Assembly: GCA_977017575.1 (NCBI GenBank)
Contig: CDRNVI010000005.1
Span: 1 to 64,000, forward strand
Direction: 5' to 3'
From: Paramoeba atlantica
Taxonomy: Eukaryota; Protista; Discosea
DNA: 64,000 nucleotides
The position numbers and the translations under genes were made by a program. Positions 1-11,886 of this stretch are shown one piece after another (within the stretch, counting starts at the first letter, position 1; each line of letters opens with the position of its first letter). Below the pieces are notes generated by a model, which worked only from the letters and a program-made list of their open reading frames with translations, was not told where the DNA came from and ran no database searches.

Positions 1-142
1 GGTCATTTTATTGAAAGAATCCATCACAGCTTCGTACAATAAGCTGCTCAGTGAAGTTGGTTTCGTTGAACGCACATTAAAAAGTGTGCCAAACAAAATG
101 AGGATTGTTCTAGAGAAGGAGGGGTGGCACTGTGGGTACTAG
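1..142 (+). pseudogene. C-terminal fragment of an IS630/Tc1-type transposase (paralogue of 8764..9606)
   Basis: Translates to ...KESITASYNKLLSEVGFVERTLKSVPNKMRIVLEKEGWHCGY*, nearly identical to the end of ORF 8764..9606. Confidence 0.85.
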
Positions 143-339
143 GTTCGTCTGCTCAAGTTTATGCCAAAAAGGTGAAATTTCTTAAAAAACTTGCAATTGA
201 CGTTTTTGACCCTCTTACCAATTTATGATACTGCTAAATATACGGGAAACGATATACAGGGGTGGGCACGAAAATGTGGGGGGGGGGGTTAAAATTTCTA
301 TAACTTGGACAATTTTGGAAAGTAGCACCGCATTCGAGA

Positions 340-847
340 GCTCTCGCAGAGTTACGTGTCATGTGACCCGCAGGTAGCATCTGGCCAATTCATAGACCTG
401 AGGGAATTGGATCTTGCCCACGCTTTCCCACCACGTAACGTCACAGCATCGTCCTCCTGGCCAGTTAAAATTGGTGCAATACACGTAGTCTTCCCATGCT
501 TCTGCGGTGCAAAGAAACATGGGAAGGGTGTTGCCAAGCATGTCGTTCATAGTATCAACCGATGGGGGATAAATACTTTTGTCGCGAAAAGTGATGTACG
601 GTGGACTCAACCACATCACATTACTAAAAAATTTCATAGCATGCTGTTTTTCGAGACGTTGCAGGTGATAGCGCAATGAGTTTTCTAAGGAGTTGCTTTT
701 TTTTGCTTCGTCCTTCAACTGCGCCAAGATAGGAGCCACCGAAGTTGACATTGGTTTTCGCTTGTCATCAGAGAAGAGGTCAAGGGCATTTCGTAGGGGA
801 AGCATTTTCACTCGACCCCCTACCCCCCCTAGCCAGGTAGGGGTCAA
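340..847 (-). pseudogene. hAT-family transposase C-terminal (dimerisation domain) fragment
   Basis: VTWWESVGKIQFPQVYELARCYL matches the WW...FP.L..LA..YL hAT dimerisation motif; broken before the expected TSA.SER motif. Confidence 0.7.
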
Positions 848-1590
848 AAAAGCTAATTACAACTTTTTTGGGTTCATTTTTTTGAATGTTTCGGATGAGG
901 AACAGTAGTAAAGTAGGTTAGAAGACGTGGAAAAGGAGTGCAAAGTAATCTCTAGTATTTAGCCATATGCACTTTAGCCTCCTTGACCGAAAGAAAAAGT
1001 TTACTATAGTCCCGGAAGGCATTCCTAAACGTTTCCGGTTAATCTTCAGAAAAAAGCGAAAAGTTTCAATGATGGACCCGGGGCTAAGTTTATGAAATTT
1101 TTCGAGTGTCTTATAGGACTTAAGTCGCTCTCAATCGATCGCGAGTGCCGTGCGCTTCTCGGGGCACACGAGGCAGGAAGGTAAGCACAGGGGGCGGTGT
1201 TTCTTCGTCGTGAATCACCAACAAATGTACCAATTTTTAAAAAAATGTACTCTGTGGAAAACAAATCGACTTTTTTGCGGTTTTTTTCCCGGTTTAGGTA
1301 TGATACAGGTGTCCACGAGTGAAAAGGACCTCGGATTCGGAACGATTGGGTTGAAAAACAGCCCCATACAAAATATTTCCAAAATCGAACAAAATGCAAG
1401 ACCTGTAGGGGGGGGTAAAAGAGGCTGAACACTACTGTATATGATATGCGCAAACAAGCGTCACCGAGATCTGCAAAATGCAATAAAAATTAGCCCAAAC
1501 GAAGACTTTACACAAATTTTAGAGGGGGGTGACTTATCGTGTCCCTAGGTTTATACAGTAGTACTATATTTACAACTCCATCCCAAATTT

Positions 1591-2190
1591 TTGAAACCGT
1601 TCTATGGACATACCTTAGCGAGCACGGAGTGTACGTACGATTTGCCGAGTACATGCGAGTACGTACTCGTGTACGTACAGAGCAGTTTTAGCATTGTTGC
1701 CGTTCTCTTCTTTAACAATCACTTTATTTTGGTAGAACTCCGAAGGTCCCTGCTCACAGTGTATGACAGCTATGAGGCGTATTCTCCATTCGCCCGAAGC
1801 GACTTTTTAAAACTATTCTTGGAACGGGCAACTCCTCTTCTTGGGCAAGAAAGTGGGAACATTCGTGTTAAATATGAAAAGATCTTACAACAGGAGCCTA
1901 TGCTAAATGAATGCGGATTGCATGTTGTTAACAACTTATGCTCTTTGTTATTCTACCCTGCAACTTTTTCTAGGGTTGACAATGTGCTTGTCAGAAAAAA
2001 TCTTTCCAGGTCCTGGTGGCCTCGTGGTCCAGGAATTCCTCTACCCCCTGAACGAACAACAAATTCCGAAGAAACCCTTGGAGAAGTGTCCGTGGAGAAC
2101 GTGTCGGAAGATGATTCTGATTCTGATTGTTCTATAATTGCGAATTTAGTGAATGATTTGAACTTTGAAGATGAGTCCGTTAACAGTTGA
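1591..2190 (+). CDS. Ulp1/SENP-like (C48) cysteine protease domain, 5'-incomplete
   Basis: His-Asp-Gln-Cys order in NNHFIL...VYDS...QQ..LNECGLHV; no ATG start in the ORF. Confidence 0.6.
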   Translation: MKPFYGHTLASTECTYDLPSTCEYVLVYVQSSFSIVAVLFFNNHFILVELRRSLLTVYDSYEAYSPFARSDFLKLFLERATPLLGQESGNIRVKYEKILQQEPMLNECGLHVVNNLCSLLFYPATFSRVDNVLVRKNLSRSWWPRGPGIPLPPERTTNSEETLGEVSVENVSEDDSDSDCSIIANLVNDLNFEDESVNS

Positions 2191-2649
2191 AAACTTTATG
2201 GGGTCAGGGACATTGTCAAGCAAATGTTGGGGCTTAGCGAACCTCACCTCCCGAGCTTTATTTCCGTCCACAGCAACGGTTCATATTGTAATATTAGTTT
2301 TTACCACGGAACTGGGTTTTTCTGTGGTTTTTACTCGGTGTCGTGTAAGTCCTCGGAGTGCTTCTCCAGGCATATTCTACTATGGGCGTTCAACAAACTC
2401 GAAATAATATTATAGTATCCTATGAATCAGTTACATTAGTAACTAGTATTTAGGTATACACATTTTTTATATTTTTTACTTTAAGCACTTTCTTGTTTAT
2501 TAGTGTTACACAGGCTTCATGAAAAAAATCTTTGCTCGAGAACAATTCCTTCACTCTCTTCCCCTCCGTCATCGACCCTTGCTTCGCTACCGATGTCATT
2601 GGCACCATGTACGCACTTTCCACCATCCCCCTTGTTTCACCCTTTTCTT

Positions 2650-2758
2650 CCCCCCTTTATTATGTACCCCCCCCCTTATTATGCACCCCCCCCCCTTTAT
2701 TATGCACCCCCCTTTATTATGCACCCCCCCTTTATTATGCACCCCCCTTTATTATGCA
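2650..2758. repeat. Six copies of C(6-10)TTTATTATGCA
   Basis: Read directly; resembles the sub-repeats of the adjacent MITE termini. Confidence 0.9.
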
Positions 2759-2857
2759 CAAACTCCAAAAACGTGTGCATATTAAAGGGGGGGTCACAGT
2801 ACAATCTTCTAAGAGAAGTATAAAAGAGAAATATCGCATGCGTGCTCTTCTAACATA

Positions 2858-3191
2858 CTGTGACCCCCCCCTTTATACTTCGCCCATTTTGAGCAGTAAC
2901 GAAGTATAAAGGGGGGGGTCTGAATTTTTTCCCCGCTGTAAAAACGAGTGTAAGAAAAAGGCCGTGCCGCTTCGCGGCGCGGCTCATCCAGTTTTCCTGT
3001 CTTTCCTTCTATCTCACCTTCCATTTCTGGAAGGAAAGAATGGGAACGTTCTTATTTTTTTTCCAAAGGTTTTAGAAGAATTATGAAAAATTAAAAAAAA
3101 ATCGCCCGCCCCCCCCTTCGGGGGGGCACACGAAAAACGAAGTATAAAGGGGGGGGGTCTGACCAGCGAGGTATAAAGGGGGGGGTCACAG
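2858..3191. mobile_element. ~334-bp Tc1/mariner-type MITE
   Basis: TIRs CTGTGACCCCCCCCTTTATAC / GTATAAAGGGGGGGGTCACAG flanked by TA on both sides. Confidence 0.85.
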
Positions 3192-3427
3192 TATTATGAT
3201 TACAAGTTTCGGTCCAAAAGAAGTACGCTTCATCTTTCTCCCGAGAAAAGGGAGGCCCGTGTGAATTTCTGTCGCGCACTGCTTAAAGAAGATGAAGGCC
3301 TTTTCGACGTACGTGAAACATTGTGCGCCGGATAGATCACCGTATTGTAGGAACGGCCCCTTTTCAGAGGGAAGTACCTGGTGCTCAAAAATTCGTAAAA
3401 GTAGCATAGAAATAGTACTATAGAAAG

Positions 3428-3660
3428 GTGATTCTTCGGGATCATTGGATTCCATATCCCAGGAAAAATCCCCAGGCGATCTACATGGACGATGGAGCTC
3501 CTCCGCATCGTTCTAAGCTTACTTCTTTGTGGTGGGAAAGTATGTTCGCCAGATCGAGAACTTCCTCTTGCTTGAGGCGATACGTTTCTGTCAATGGAAA
3601 CCCTCTGCCGTTTTGGCCTGCGGATTCTCCGGATTTTAATTCGGGGTCCGACAAAGTCAA
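3428..3660 (+). pseudogene. Degenerate Tc1/mariner/IS630 transposase fragment
   Basis: YMDDGAPPHRS...WPADSPDFN motifs. Confidence 0.7.
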
Positions 3661-4165
3661 AATTTTTGAAATTTTTAGGATTATCAAAAAACAATTGACC
3701 CAAAAAAAAGTAAAAATATGTTTCCAAAATCGACTCCTAAAACGTATTTTCAGAGCTTGAGACCTCAGCTACCATTCTACGACGTTTGTTTTTATAGATT
3801 CGCCTCCTACCCCTACTGGTAAGGCATCAAAAACGCCCCAAATTCGGGGTAAAATTTCCCAATTTTCGCCGAAAAATCGAGCGTTTTTATCCAAAAAACA
3901 GGGGTCTGAAAATATATTGTGCCCCCCCCACTTATTTGTCACCACTTTTTCGAAAACAGAACAATTTATTTGGTTAGATGAAACAAAAGTCCCAAACTTT
4001 TTTCTTTATTTTGGGAATCTCCAAAGCATTCGGATAAAGTTGGCTTCACATACCCGACTTATGTGACTTCCATAACTCCGCATTACCCAGTCCCAAGCCT
4101 GGGGAAGGACCACGTGCATACATAAACGTATACACATGGTCCGGGGGAGGAGGGTGGAAGAAGTT

Positions 4166-4765
4166 ATCGGGACATATACCCCGGGAAGTTGTGGGGATTT
4201 TTGCCACGGGAAAATATCGGGACTTGTGCCCGGGGAAAATATCGGGACTTGTGCCCGGGGAAGATATCGGGACTTGTGCCCGGGGAAAATATCGGGACTT
4301 GTGCCCGGGGAAGATATCGGGACTTGTACCCGGGGAAGATATCGGGACTTGTGCTCGGGGAAGATATCGGGACTTGTACCCGGGGAAGATATCGGGACTT
4401 GTGCCCGGGGATGATATCGGGACGTGTGCCCGGGGAAGACATCGGGATTTGTGCCCGGGGAAGATATCCGGACTTGTGCCCGGGGAAGATATCGGGACGT
4501 GTGCCGGGGGAAAATATCGGGATTTTTGACCGGGGAAGATATCGGGATTTGTGCCCGGGGAAGATATGGGGACATGTGCCCGGGCAAGGCATCGGGACTT
4601 GTGCCCGGGGAAAATATCGGGATTTTTGACCGGGGAAGATATCGGGACTTGTGCCCGGGGAAAACATCGGGACGTGTGCCCGGGGAAGACATCGGGACTT
4701 GTGCCCGGGGAAGACATCGGGACGTGTGCCCGGGGAAGACATCGGGACTTGTGCCCGGGGAAAAT
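4166..4765. repeat. 25-bp minisatellite (CGGGACTTGTGCCCGGGGAARATAT), ~24 units
   Basis: Read directly; accounts for the 25-aa periodic spurious ORFs in all frames. Confidence 0.95.
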
Positions 4766-4857
4766 ACTACTTACGTACACTGTACTACGAGGGGCATTAC
4801 TACGAAGGGTATGATTGGCGAGACCGGTCTTCCGGCACTTCCTCCCAGAGTGACCCC

Positions 4858-6099
4858 ATGGAAAAACCTCGCGAATGTCCGACGAGCCGCCGCCGGCGAA
4901 GTTCGATGCACAGGGTCCCTTCCCCCTCCCCAGAGCGGCCGCGTCGAACTCGTCGAGGGTCTCGTTTCCCGTCTTACTTAAATTCCACTTGTTCGTTCTC
5001 GCGGAGTTCAACCCGTAGCGAACGCCGTCAAAAGGAAGATATTAAGAAGGAAAAAGCTCGAGAACGACATGAAAGGTCATTGGGAACTGCATGTCGTCGC
5101 TTGCTCGAACAAGCGAGAAGCGAAATTGGAACGCCTGAGTGCCCGCAGGTGTCAAAATTTTTCATAGAAAAACTTCGTAATCTTCGAAACTTCCCCTTCG
5201 AGGGCGTCCACCCTGCATCCTGAGAGTATCAGGCCCTCGGAGGTGGACGCCCTCGAAAGCTTTCCGAGCCGTGCACACGCCGTGTGCGACGACTTGTGTT
5301 CTCCGGAAATTCTGCGCGAGAGGTATCATCTCAGCTGCGCCGCGAGGGCGTTGCTGATGTTGTTCCTCAGTCTATCCGAGTTTCGATGCACCGCTTCGGA
5401 CACAAAGGTAGAAAGCGTGTCCGCAAGCCCTACTTGTCCAAGCGCCATCGCAAGCTTCGGATGGACTTTGCCACGGCCCATGAGCACTCGACAGTGCACG
5501 ACTGGGCTCCAGTTGTATGGTCGGACGAGACGAAGATCTCGCGCTTTGAAACGGGGGGAAGTCTTTGGACATGGGGGACCCCGGGGGAGGAACTGGGTGA
5601 AAAAGGGGTAATTCCCACGGTAAAGTACGGAGAGGGGCACATCATGATTTGGGCGTGCATGTCCCGAAGCGGTGTGGGGCATGTGCGTCTAGTTCAAGGG
5701 AACCTGAACGCCACACAGTACGTCGAGATTCTTGAAGAGAATCTTGCCCCCTCCATCGAAACTATGGGTCTAGACCCCCCAATGGTCATCTTCCAACAAG
5801 ATAGTGACCCCAAGCACACAAGCCATTGTGCGCAACGGCACCTCCGGGGTACCGGGTTTGAAGTCATGCGGTGGCCCCCGCAGTCCCCTGACTTAAATCC
5901 AATCGAAAACGTTTGGGGGGAACTCAAGCGGCGCCTTGCAGCGCACGATGATCCACCAAGCGGGGTCCGAGAGTTGTGGGAGAGGGTAAAAATGGAATGG
6001 GCGAACATACCACCCTCAGTATGTCGTGCCCAGGTGGACAGTATGCCTGCCCGTATGAAGGCAGTGCTGAAGGCTCGTGGGGGGAATACTAAATACTAA
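4858..6099 (+). mobile_element. Tc1-family DD34E transposase with one in-frame TGA at 5221-5223
   Basis: GRPRKLS linker just after the TGA; WSDE / QQD(34 aa)E in SPDLNPIENVW; ORFs 4651..5223 and 5284..6099 are in the same frame. Confidence 0.9.
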
Positions 6100-6387
6100 T
6101 TTTACGGGCATAATCTCTCTTGGGCGATTACGTTTCATCTATTTTTTGGGACAAGATTTTCTCTATAATAGGTAGCAAAAAAACCTTTCGAATGCTGAAC
6201 TTTTTTATATTCATTCTTATTTCTTTGGTAGAACGAACTGAGGTGAACTATCTACGGGTACTATTAGGTGACACTCATGCCTACACTACTAGCACACATT
6301 ACCAGCGCAACGGTGATATTTAATCAATAGCTCTATACAAAAAGAAAAAAAACCGAAACATTCGAACGGTTTTTTTGCTGACTGTAT

Positions 6388-6855
<468 letters not shown>

Positions 6856-7950
6856 TCATCACCTTAGTGGAATGAATGTTCTTGATTTGTCTCATACAAA
6901 CCAGTTGTGTGGCTGATGAGGCTTTCCTCACCGCAGCCTCACAGAGGTCTCGTCGTACCGCCTTGGCAGGCTTGCCTGGGGGTAGGCCTAGCAGGGCGTG
7001 CTTGGCGTTACTCTGCATGTCCCTAGCCTTGTTTTCGAATGGGATGGTCCCCAGGAAGTCAGCCGTGAAAAGGTCATTTGCGAACAGCGTCTTTTCCGAG
7101 GGGCCCATCCCTCCGAGCAGGGCCTCGGCACAAGCTTGGATGGTCTTGTCCACCTGTGAATTTGCCACTTTAGTAACCGGCGGTTCATGCGTCCGCACAA
7201 TGTAATTCCATCGTGGACTACCGCACAGCCGCAGAAGAGGAAGGGCACACTGCCTGGGGAGGTCCTTGAGTTTGCCAAGGAAGGAGATCACCTTGGGGGC
7301 CTTGGTAAGGACCCACTCCTCCTCCCTCTCCTCCGTCTCCCCAATAAAGGCCCCGAGTAACTTTACCCCGCCTGGGGAGTGCACCATTCGGGTCCCGGAG
7401 AACTCCGAGAAGAGGTTTCGGTGGCGGGTGGCTACTTTACACTTGGCCACGTTGAGCCGTAGCCCCAGGTGCTTGATCTCCCTCACAAAGGCCTCCAAAG
7501 CTTCCCCACACACCTTAAGCTCACCTGCGAGGGTGACGTCGTCCAGGTAAGCCCAGACTTTGAGGTTACTTGGGAATAAAGCGGCCACCTTGGATAGGGC
7601 CCCTTGAATTCCTAAGGCAAAAAGGATAGGGGCCAAGGGGTCACCCTGTTTCACCCCCCTGGTGCTCAGGATGGACTTATGTATCATCCCCGAGATGGAG
7701 GGTGTTCGGCTTCCCGTAACTAAAGAGGGAGATCCCCTCTAGGGGAAGTAGCTTGGGGTCCCCCCTCAGGGCCCGAAAGATCGCCGACCTCGAGATGCTG
7801 TTGAAGGCGTTCTCGAGGTCAGCCGCCACAATGACCTCCTCCGGTCTATCCCGGAAGTGTTGGCGTACACCGTAAATAATGTGTTCGCATCCTTGGGCGT
7901 ATTGGGCACCGAAAAATTGGGCAACGTAAAAATCACCCACTATTGGCAAA
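6856..7950 (-). mobile_element. CRE/R2-like non-LTR RT fragment, frameshifted, truncated at both ends
   Basis: ADLENAFNSISR (ORF 7677..7949), GVKQGDPLAP and AYLDD (ORF 6848..7687). Confidence 0.9.
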
Positions 7951-8189
7951 CTTTTTTGCCAATAGTGGGTGTACCCCCCCTTTACAATGGACGGTACTGT
8001 ATTCGTGTCATTTGTTATGTCTAAGAAGTATCAGTGCTAGGCTTTTTCTCCGGCTGAATTTTCTGATTTTCCATTTCTAGAAGGGAAGGCTTAGAACGTT
8101 CTTGTTTTTTTTTTTAACTTTTAGAAAAATTGCGAAAAATTAAAGAAAAATCGTCCCCCCTTCGGGGGCGCCACACAAAAAACGAAGTA

Positions 8190-8518
8190 CTGTACCCCCC
8201 CGTTTATAATAGCCTCGCTTTTGCCCAAATGAACCTATAAATGGGGGAGGGCGATTGCAGATTAAGAGTTGGCACAGAAATCGCCATACATTCGGGAGCG
8301 AGGAACCAGGAATTATTCAATCGCTAAGTGGGCCCCGGCGCTCTTCCAAAGTAAAATGTCCAGCAAGAACACGCGCCATACCTCGAAGAACCATATGAAA
8401 ATAAATATCAAAATATTAAAGACGGTGCAAGAAAATTAAAAAAAAATCCCCAGTTTGCCAAAAAAAGAATCTATAAAGGGGGGAGGGGTCGAGGCTATTA
8501 TAAACAAGGGGGGTACAA
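8190..8518. mobile_element. ~329-bp MITE nested at a TA inside a copy of the 2858..3191 MITE (host remnant ~8055..8567)
   Basis: TIRs CTGTACCCCCCCGTTTATAATAGCCTCG / CGAGGCTATTATAAACAAGGGGGGTACAA; TA duplicated; host sequence matches ~3020..3191. Confidence 0.85.
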
Positions 8519-8763
8519 TATAAAGGGGGGGGGTCTGACCAGCGAAGTATAAAGGGGGGGGTCACAGTATATAGATTATGAATACAGGAACACTGTTTTC
8601 CTTCCTACAACTGGTAAAAGTGTACGTGTGGCTTAGACGAGGGATTCTGATATTCTATGAATATCACTGGCCTATGGCCACTTTACAGTGGCCATGAAAA
8701 GAAGTATGCACAGAAAATACAGAGGGGTAGAATTGTAGACTTAAATTTATAACACCTAAACCG

Positions 8764-9606
8764 TTGCTTCGCAGAATGATTACAAAACGAACTCTCTCGA
8801 ATGGTTCACGGCGAAGTGCCGACAGAACTCCTCCATACCCAACTATCCGCGCCAAGCATCAGTCACGACCGAAGACCGCGTACTCTCCAAGATTATCCCG
8901 TCGGGTCTTAGAATATCTTCATTTTCAAGAACCCAGGTGGGGTAACTTCTTTTCCCTGGAAAATCAAATGAGCAGTATTTGTTATCGTGTGGATCATAGT
9001 TTCGTGCTTGGTTTCTCCAGATTTCCGATCATTTGGTGTGATGAGAAGCTTTTTCGGTGCGGTTGCCGCGGGAGTCGAACGTTTATTGGTCGCGAAAGCG
9101 ACATCGACAAGTACTCGACCCCTGGAATGGACCGTTGGGTGGGGGGGAAGGGTATTATGGTGTGGATGGGGGTAAGTCTCAGGTATGGGGGGTTCATCCA
9201 CATTTTCGAAGAAGATTCATCTCTGAAAGGGAATAATTTTAAGAACGCAATGACAAAGCGTGGGGGTTTTCTTTCCTTTCTTAGGCGTCATTCTGCAGCT
9301 GTTGTTGTGATGGACAACGCAACTATCCACAACACAACACGTACTTATTTTAAGGAGCGCGGGGTCAAAATGTTGGATTGCCCCCCCAAATCTCCAGACA
9401 TGACGCCTATTGAGAATTTATGGTCAGTGATGGATGCCATAAAATGTAGAAAAAAACCATTAAACCGTGAATTCTTAAAAGAATCCATCACAGCTTCTTA
9501 CAATGAGCTGCTTAATGAAGTCGGTTTCGTGGAACGCACTCTAAAGAGCGTGCCAAACAGAATGCGTATTGTTATAGAGAAGGAAGGGGGGCACTGTGGG
9601 TACTAG
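8764..9606 (+). mobile_element. IS630/Tc1-superfamily transposase, DD32E spacing, 5' part degenerate
   Basis: WCDEK, VMDNATIH, SPDMTPIENLW; 32 residues counted between the second D and E. Confidence 0.85.
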
Positions 9607-10791
9607 GTTTGTCATTTCATTTTTTTGCAAATTTCTAGAAAAATTTGCAATTGACGTTTTTAAGCCACCTGCCATTTTAAAAAAATGGAATTTATCCGGT
9701 AACCGATATATCCTCCACAGGAGGGTTGTGTGAGATCTCTCGAATGCGCTATTATTTTCCAAAATTGGCCAAGTTTTACAAATTTTAGACCCCCCCAGCA
9801 TTAGCTGATCCCCCCTGCATATAATAGAAGAAAATTTAATAGAAGAAAAATATATAAAAAGGGCTCCGGTGGTCCAAAAATTTTCAAAATAATCGGGCCA
9901 TTGGGGGCTCCAGGGGGGGGGGGGTCCAGGGGGGGCATACCGCATGAATTTTTTTTGAAAAAAAATATTTTTAGAAAAAAAGCGCGGAAGGGGTTGTCGG
10001 GGTTTCGGCACGCATTTTCCACCCCCCCACCCGGGGGTGACCCCCCTTCGTATGCGCAGGACGTGTCCGACAAGTTCGGGTTTTTTCGGGAAAAAAAATG
10101 AAAAAAAATTCAACTTGGCGAAAAAAATGGTAAAAAAAGTATTTTTTTCGAATTCCTTTCCCCTATTGTATTTTGTTAGTGTGGGGCCTATACTAGCTTT
10201 CTACGCCTTTGTTTTCGCAAGATATCCCTTCTTGTAGCCGTGGTATGCCTCCTAATATGACCCATTTTTGACCAAAAAAGGTGAAAATGTATTTTTCGGA
10301 CCCCAAGGGATCTTTTTGTGTCCAAAGAATGGTGTGATTGGAGTCGTATTCTCTACCCAATACGTCCGGGAGGCTTTGACTCATGCCTACGAGTGATTTC
10401 CCTAACGCGAATGTCGGATTTAGTGCTCTGAGAGCAAAATATCCAAAAATCACCCCATTTTTACCCGAAAATCGGCTGTTTTTGGCTATAATCTTTCCGT
10501 TTTCTCCAGCTTTCGAAGCCGAATTTTCTTTTTTAGTCTCCTCGTTAAACGCGGTGGTAGTTTTCAACGCGAAGCGCGCAGCATGAGTGACTTCTAAGTT
10601 GAAAACAACCACCGCGTTTAACGAAGAGACTTTAAGGGGTAAAAATATCATTATGGGGTAAAAATAGCCATGGAAGAGAAAAATGTTTAGTTGTGCTTAA
10701 TTTATTCTGAGCTAATTCCAGGGTATGTAGCTAGGTGCGTAACAGTACTTAAATTATATTGTTGAGAATTCTGTTAATCATAGAGGTTTGA

Positions 10792-11253
10792 CTAAGTTTT
10801 CATCGACTTTCCTACAATTTTCCGAACGGTATAAGTCCAGACTCGGGTCGTACTGCATACAAGGCTAAGACATGTAGATGCAAACGATAGTGCTTGAATA
10901 AGACATAATATGCCACTGCGCCAAACGATCATCGTTTCAAGCACAAAAATTGGAGCGTCACTGAACAAAAGGTGTGTCAAAATACCATATACACACCGAC
11001 GAACAACCAATCCTGGTGCAGATTCGTACCGATAGGCCCACGAATAACACGCTGAGCAAACTAAAGTGAACATAAGCACACTGGAGCACGTTGCTATCAA
11101 ATATAAAAGTATCACAAAGGGTCCGATACCGGGGGTATTTTTTTGGTATTGTACCCAATCAACATAGTTTACTGTACACAAGCACGAATGCAAAAAATGT
11201 AACCAAAGCATTGCTTGAACCCCCAGACGACGTTGCTTGTGATCGATCCTCAT
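10792..11253 (-). CDS. Hypothetical multi-pass membrane protein (~153 aa from first ATG)
   Basis: Intronless ORF with about four hydrophobic segments; same strand as SHMT; in-frame stop upstream of the first ATG. Confidence 0.7.
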   Translation of the reverse strand: MRIDHKQRRLGVQAMLWLHFLHSCLCTVNYVDWVQYQKNTPGIGPFVILLYLIATCSSVLMFTLVCSACYSWAYRYESAPGLVVRRCVYGILTHLLFSDAPIFVLETMIVWRSGILCLIQALSFASTCLSLVCSTTRVWTYTVRKIVGKSMKT

Positions 11254-11886
11254 AAGAATCACTTTTGGCGCTGGGATACCTCAACCAGAAGATTTGTACA
11301 TACAGTCTTTTCTGGATATGCTAAATACATGTACTAGTATATAGAACCTTCCGTAATACTGCATTGTATTTATTTGGTAAAACACGTTATTCATGTAAAA
11401 CTCTGTCTTCTTTTCTTAGTCCACAATCATAGCTTGTCATATCTTGAATAGGCGTCCTATACATCCAATGTTGGTTTTCCTATCTATGAATATTCATAAA
11501 TATCTAAAAACCACGAATATACATATCAATGAGCCATTCAGAATTTCATAAACTATCTAAAATAACATTAGAATACAGGAAGTTTTTAACTAAATAGTTT
11601 ATTGATTGCAACATCAAGTAAATCAAGTTCCTACTTCAGTGTATGTACGTACGACCATAAATAATATGTCCAGAACAAATTTTCGTAAGCTCAGCATATT
11701 TTTTTCTTCTATTACTATGCCAAAATCATTCCTTTCACTATTTTATGCATGTATGCGCATTTTCATCTAGTTGAGTTTCACGGTATTCTGCACAAATTCT
11801 TGTGTATAACAAACCATATAAAGATCAGTTAATATTTTGTTGTATTACTCCATCACAAGAACATAGAACTTTCGTAGAGATCTAGT

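Noticed and set aside
4006-4981. Many long ORFs in all six frames; possible CRISPR array
   Set aside because: Products of a 25-bp tandem repeat with no unique spacers and no cas genes
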